From Chlorokybus atmophyticus (Eukaryota > Plantae > Mesostigma and Chlorokybus algae), in contig RHPI01003366.1 in NCBI GenBank assembly GCA_009103225.1, positions 1 through 64,000 on the forward strand: a stretch of DNA of 64,000 nucleotides, given 5' to 3'. The notes under the pieces are model-generated. The model saw only the letters and a list, made by a program, of their open reading frames with translations. It was not told where the DNA came from and searched no databases. How positions within the stretch are numbered: position 1 is the stretch's first letter; every line of letters starts with the position of its first letter. Positions 58,958 through 64,000 of the stretch are shown here, one piece after another. The position numbers were made by a program, and so were the translations under genes.

Positions 58958-60375
58958 ATGGCGGCGGGGCAGGGCGTTGTCGACGAGTGCGCGTTGGAGT
59001 TTGAGGGCAGTCAGTATGACATCGGCCTGCACGTTGGTGGGGTGAGCGACTTGTTGGGGTGGGGGCAGGAGACTTCAAACCCTAGCCTGTTTGCGTTGTT
59101 GGGGGAGTGGGATGTTGATTGTGGGTGATGATGTTGAGCGGTTGTTGTTGGTTCGGTGCAGCTGTTCATCATCCTGGCAGCGTCTCTGCTGGGCTGCCTG
59201 ATTCCAGTGTTGGGGGCACGTTGGCCATCCCTGAGGCTGCCCAGATGGCTATTTGATTATGGGCGCAATTTTGGCACTGGCGTCATCCTCGCCACCGCCT
59301 TTGTGCACATGCTCGAGCCTTCTTTCAGCGCGCTGAGCTCCCCTTGCCTCTCCTCGTTGTGGTGCGCTCGGGGTGCATGCATGCACGCCACATGCACATG
59401 CATACGCTTTGTTGATTTCATGTACGCAACCCAACTGTGTGTGATCCACGATGTCTGCAGGAATCAGACGTATACAGCTTTTGCTGGCGTGTTTGCATTG
59501 ACGGCAGCGCTTGCGGTGCAGCTGGTGGAATTTCTGCTCACGATGAAGCTAGAGCAGCTTGACCGTGAGACGCAGCGTTCTAGCGAGATGGCCATGAAGG
59601 ATCTCGCCATCGATGTTGCCGAGACGCCACTGAATGCGCATGAGACGCAGACCGAGAAGCCCTCCACATACGGCCCCGTGCCACATCAGCACTCTCACCA
59701 CGGTGTTGACAGTCATTCACTCCGCCATGATGCAGAGCACGGCAAGCCCGGTGTCGGCGCGATAACCCTCCGTCGCCGCCAGAGCGTCACTCTCGTGTTG
59801 GAGGCGGGCATTGCCTTCCACTCTGTCATCATCGGCATTGCACTGGGCGTGTCCACTGCGGAGTTCAAGACGCTACTAGCCGCCCTGTGCGTGCACCAGT
59901 TCTTTGAGGGCTTTGCGCTTGGTGCCACCGTCATTGACGCCAAGTTTGACTCAGTGACTCAGATCCTGTCCATGGTCATTGGATACGCCCTCACTACCCC
60001 AATTGGCGTAGGTAAGTCTCCATGCACCATCAATGTGCTATGCAGCACTGCCATGTGCTGCGGTGCTTGTTGAGGATCGATTACTTATGCATATGGCTTT
60101 GTTCTGATTGTTGGTTGCTTTATGTACTTGCAGCCATTGGTATTGCGGCACGTACCTCTTATAACGAGAATTCCAGGACAGCTCTCATTGTCCAGGGCAC
60201 TTTTGATGCCGTGTCTGCTGGCATCCTTATTTACACCGGGCTTGTTGAGCTGCTGACATATAACGTCACTCTCAACCCGGAGTTCAGGGCTTCCAGTGCA
60301 AAGAATAAGCTCGGCGGCTTCCTTTCACTCTATTTGGGTGCTGGCATCATGGCACTCATTGGCCGCTGGGCATGA
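58958..60375 (+). CDS. ZIP (ZRT/IRT-like) zinc/iron transporter, 4 exons, intact
   Basis: Exons 58958-59041, 59162-59361, 59461-60011 and 60134-60375 join in frame. Motifs FGTGVILATAFVHML, His-rich loop HQHSHHG, LEAGIAFHSVIIG, HQFFEG, GILIYTGLVELL and C-terminal IGRWA. Confidence 0.95.
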
Positions 60376-60503
60376 ACAGATAATGATGGATATATATGAT
60401 CATGTGCTTGTACATTTTGGCAACATTGTGGATAGTAGCAGATGTTCTCTAGGACATGTTGAATCTGTCTGCTAGCAGCGCTAGCTGCATGCCAGCACCG
60501 CGC

Positions 60504-63500
60504 TTAGCTAGCCGGCAACAAAGTGCGCAGTTTGCTGTCTTCGACAGCAGTGGTAGCATTGCAGACAGTCGGAGAGCCTGGCAAACCATGTGATTGAGTG
60601 TGGGACCAAGGAGAGCTAAGCAGCAACAAAGGCAAATCAAACACCGACACACCAGATGCACTCTGGTGGATGTGTACCAGGTGCGCCGGGTACTCCGCTG
60701 ATCGAGCTCACACACATTTGCATGCAGTCTGTGTCAAGCCACATGACATCATTCATACGTCTACGCAAGGACACCGGAGTGATGCAGTTGTACTATGCAT
60801 CTTTTCGATATATTCACAATCACCTCACAATAACCACCGCAAGGCTATGAGCTGCACCTACCCGGCCTACCCTCACGCGCTCAGCCCCCTAACAGCAGGT
60901 ACAGTCACAGTACCTGCCAAACCGGCGGTAGCATCAGCTCTGACCATGATGATGATGACCATGACAACGACAAGCAAACTTCCCACCACTGCTCCCAACA
61001 CCCCTCCACCTATACCCGCCGCTACAGCAACCGCTAGTGTACTTCCAATATACTGTAGCCGCTAGCGCTGCACCCATTCTGTCGGTCAGTTGTCAGTCTA
61101 GACAGTCAGCACGATACCAGCCAGGGTGGCAGGTGTCGTCAGCTTGTGTGCAAACAATACTAACAAGGGCGCTTGCGTGCGCGCGTGCGTGCGTGCGGCT
61201 GCATTGTTGTGCACTACAGTGACATACCAATGTTTTTTTGCACAGTCTGTGCCTAAGGGTGGTCCGAGACATGCCTGACATGACAGCAACGTGAAGCGTG
61301 CTCATCTTCAACAATGGCTATTATACAACAAGCAGAGCATCTACACTTCAAATCTGTCAAACTTGAATGGGAATTTTGCCGACCCCAGCAGCGGCCACAG
61401 TCCTCGCATTGGGATTGCTAGCTCCACGGCCGGGCATGCTTGATCCATGTGAACAAAGCACAACAGGAGGTGAGTCCATATTGGACGTCAAGGAGGGAGA
61501 GTCACTCTCGCTGTGCGTGCTGCCATCAACAGAAGGTGCGGCCGGGCAGTCAAGATGGTGCTCGCTGAAGGTTACACTACTGCATGGCAATGGGCTGTGG
61601 ATCGCTGTGGTCATGTTGTCATCTAGAGCAGACAAGTCCGGGAAAGGTCGTATTGGGGTTACTGAGGGTTTGTCAGGTTGGGATGGATTTCTGAAGAAGC
61701 TTGATATGGGCTTCTGCACACTAGGAGACAGCCTGGCCTTCTGCAAGCTGGGTGAGAGCCTTGACTCTGTTTTCTGACCTGAGTACGCCTCAATCACGTC
61801 TTTCTTGACCTGCAATAGCGCTTATCAGGGCAAGTAGTTTGACCAACCCGGCTGTAGAACATGAACCTATTCTGACCTGGTAGCGTCCGTCAGCCAGCTC
61901 GCACAGGTCCCGTACGCGCCATCTTAACTGCTGCTTGCTGATGCGGCAATCGGGATGTTGTAAGACGAAGTCATCTACACTTCTGTCCACGCCTTTTGTT
62001 GCACCAACCAGGAAAGCGACCTGCAAGACAGTGTGTTTGCAACTGTTGGACACGACTGCCTAAGCAAGTATGATGATTAGTTGCAATATCCAAAGTACTC
62101 TCACCAGCTTTGTCATCCATTCCTCTGCGATGGGCTTCAATTTCCGCTTCTGTGCAGGGCCTTCCTCATCGTGAGTTTCAGTGGCAGTGTTAGGAAGGGG
62201 TGGTGGTTGTATCACAATGCTCGGCGCTAGCACGTGCATGGAAAATGCCTCCAGGAAAGCTTGCTCCTTGGGCGGTAGAGGTGCCTCCGCTCCATCGCGC
62301 GGTTGAAAATTGCATATGACCAGCTGGTGGTTGGATCGGCGCACACGGTCGGCTAGTGTTGCAAAGCGCTCTCTGGTTCTTGCCCGCTTGGACCAAAGCT
62401 GGTCGTCATCTGCAATGCCACTTGTTGCGGGTTCTGCCACTGCATCCTGGTTCAATTCTGCCTCTACTAGATCTTCATCGCAGTTTGTCAATACGGCAGC
62501 GCGCTGCAAATGTACTGTCAGTGAAGCTGGTAGGTGAACCAATCAGCGGATCAAACCAAAACTGCCGCTCACTTCATCTTCTGACAAGTAGCCATCTTCT
62601 ACAACAAAACCATCATCCACATCGTCCGTTGCATCCTCCTCATCTTTCTCATTGTCACTGTCCGCCAGGCTTTCACCTGGTTCTTCCTATGAGGCACCAG
62701 TAGTGTTGTGAGAGGCAAGTCTTGACATGCATGCATGCACAACAGCGGGCCCTAAGCTTTGCTACTGCACTGACCTCTTCCCACTCGTCATCACTTTCAA
62801 ACTCGTAGTCGAGGTCGTGATCCTGCTTGAAGGGATGCCTGCCTGATACTGTGGAGCTGCAAAATGCATGCTGGTAAGGCACAGCCAGTTCCATCATGGT
62901 CTGAATGATTGCAGGTCCTGCTTACCTTGTCTTTGTGCCGGTGCCGTAAAACGCAGGGCGGTTGCTGCCAGAAAACTGCAGCAACTTTCGCCGATGCATG
63001 CATCTGCTGCTGGTGGGCTGCTCAGACGATGAGGGAGCCATGTCCCACTCGTCATCAACATCAACCATGATGACATCTGCAACCTTGCCAGTGCTTTGTT
63101 GCTTCTGAGACCAGCTTTGGAGACGTCGGATGTTCCATCCTCCATTTGTAAACTTGGGCTGTTCCTCAGCTGTGAGTGCATGCCATCGGCGGTGGTGCCA
63201 CCTGTTGGAAGTTCAATGCTCAATGCAAGCTGCGTGCATGTCAACAAGAATGCATGCCTGTCTTGAAAAATTCTGCTGCCAAGTCAGAGCGCCAATATAC
63301 GGTCGCTGGTACCATACCTTAATAGAGCAGCAGCGTCAACATCATCAACCACTGCCAATGCCTTGTCAATGAGCGTAGTCGTGGGTTTCTTAGAGACAGG
63401 TGAAGCAAGCATTGTGTCCACTGGGAGTATGTACGGCAAGAATTTTGGCTCTGCCGGAGCGGACTCAGGTTGCCTGTCTGATGTACCTGCTGTACCAGAA

Positions 63501-64000
63501 AGGGGACCATGCTCGTATTGCCAGTCACAACACTATACAATGACACAGCAACCACCACACAGCGAGTCCCAGATGAGTGTACCAGCTGTGGTTGGCGTCT
63601 TGCTTGATCGCTTCAAGAAGCGTTCCATAATGCTTGCCTGCTGTTTGAGTTCCAGCTGCTGCTTACGCTCGGCAGCCTCGCGTGCATGTTGTTTCTCCTG
63701 CTCTTTCAACTGCTTGTGAGCCTCTTTGGCCTGCACTAGCAAGCAGATAGTGTGTTAAGTCGTCTGATAATTAGATGGTGCTGTAAGTGCCTTCGCCAAA
63801 TGTAGAGTGACTCACCGCACGCTGCGCTTCGTGCTCGGCAGCCTTCACCACACGCTGCTTTTCCTTCTCAACCTCTTTAACCTGACGCTCAAGCGCCTTT
63901 GCCGCTTGCTTTTGCACTTTCGCCTCCCCTTTCACGGCATTTGTCTTTCTGCTCTTTCTGTCACCCTTTGGCTGTGATGTACTCGTGCTCGTGCTTGCAG
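60504..64000 (-). CDS. FAS1: Chromatin assembly factor 1 large subunit (FAS1/CAF-1 p150-like), multi-exon, 5' end outside the window
   Basis: KER-rich region with KQQASIMERFLKR; PFKQDHDLDYEFESDDEWEE; C-terminal winged-helix-like FVLQHPDCRISKQQLRWRVRDLC..ADGRYQV. The 3' end position is uncertain. Confidence 0.85.

Overview
Eukaryotic nuclear DNA with GT-AG introns, most consistent with a green alga or streptophyte alga (inference). Positions ~3.1-55.5 kb are one decayed host gene, a four-lobed, signal-peptide and TM-anchored transferrin-like protein, split by a nested stack of transposons. The stack comprises two Ty1/copia elements (7.7-12.4 kb, 12.9-17.8 kb) and a ~20.8 kb CMC/EnSpm-type DNA transposon (17885-38679) carrying a Tnp2-like transposase and a SET-domain/coiled-coil cargo gene. 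That element is itself hit by a young intact copia and a solo LTR. A second, apparently non-autonomous CACAC-ended element (38957-53822, TSD ACT) contains an 11.1 kb Academ-type transposon (38996-50091; perfect 21-bp TIRs, TSD TTCC). The Academ-type element encodes a transposase-XPG-CXC protein and a spliced Zn-finger-Tudor-C5 DNA methyltransferase with a prokaryote/phage-like catalytic domain. The main result is that two different large DNA transposons each carry their own chromatin-modifying cargo. Downstream are a mitochondrial-type SSU rRNA fragment, tRNA-Phe(GAA), an intact ZIP metal transporter and the 3' part of a CAF-1 large subunit (FAS1-like) gene. All family assignments come from motif recognition by eye; no database searches were run.
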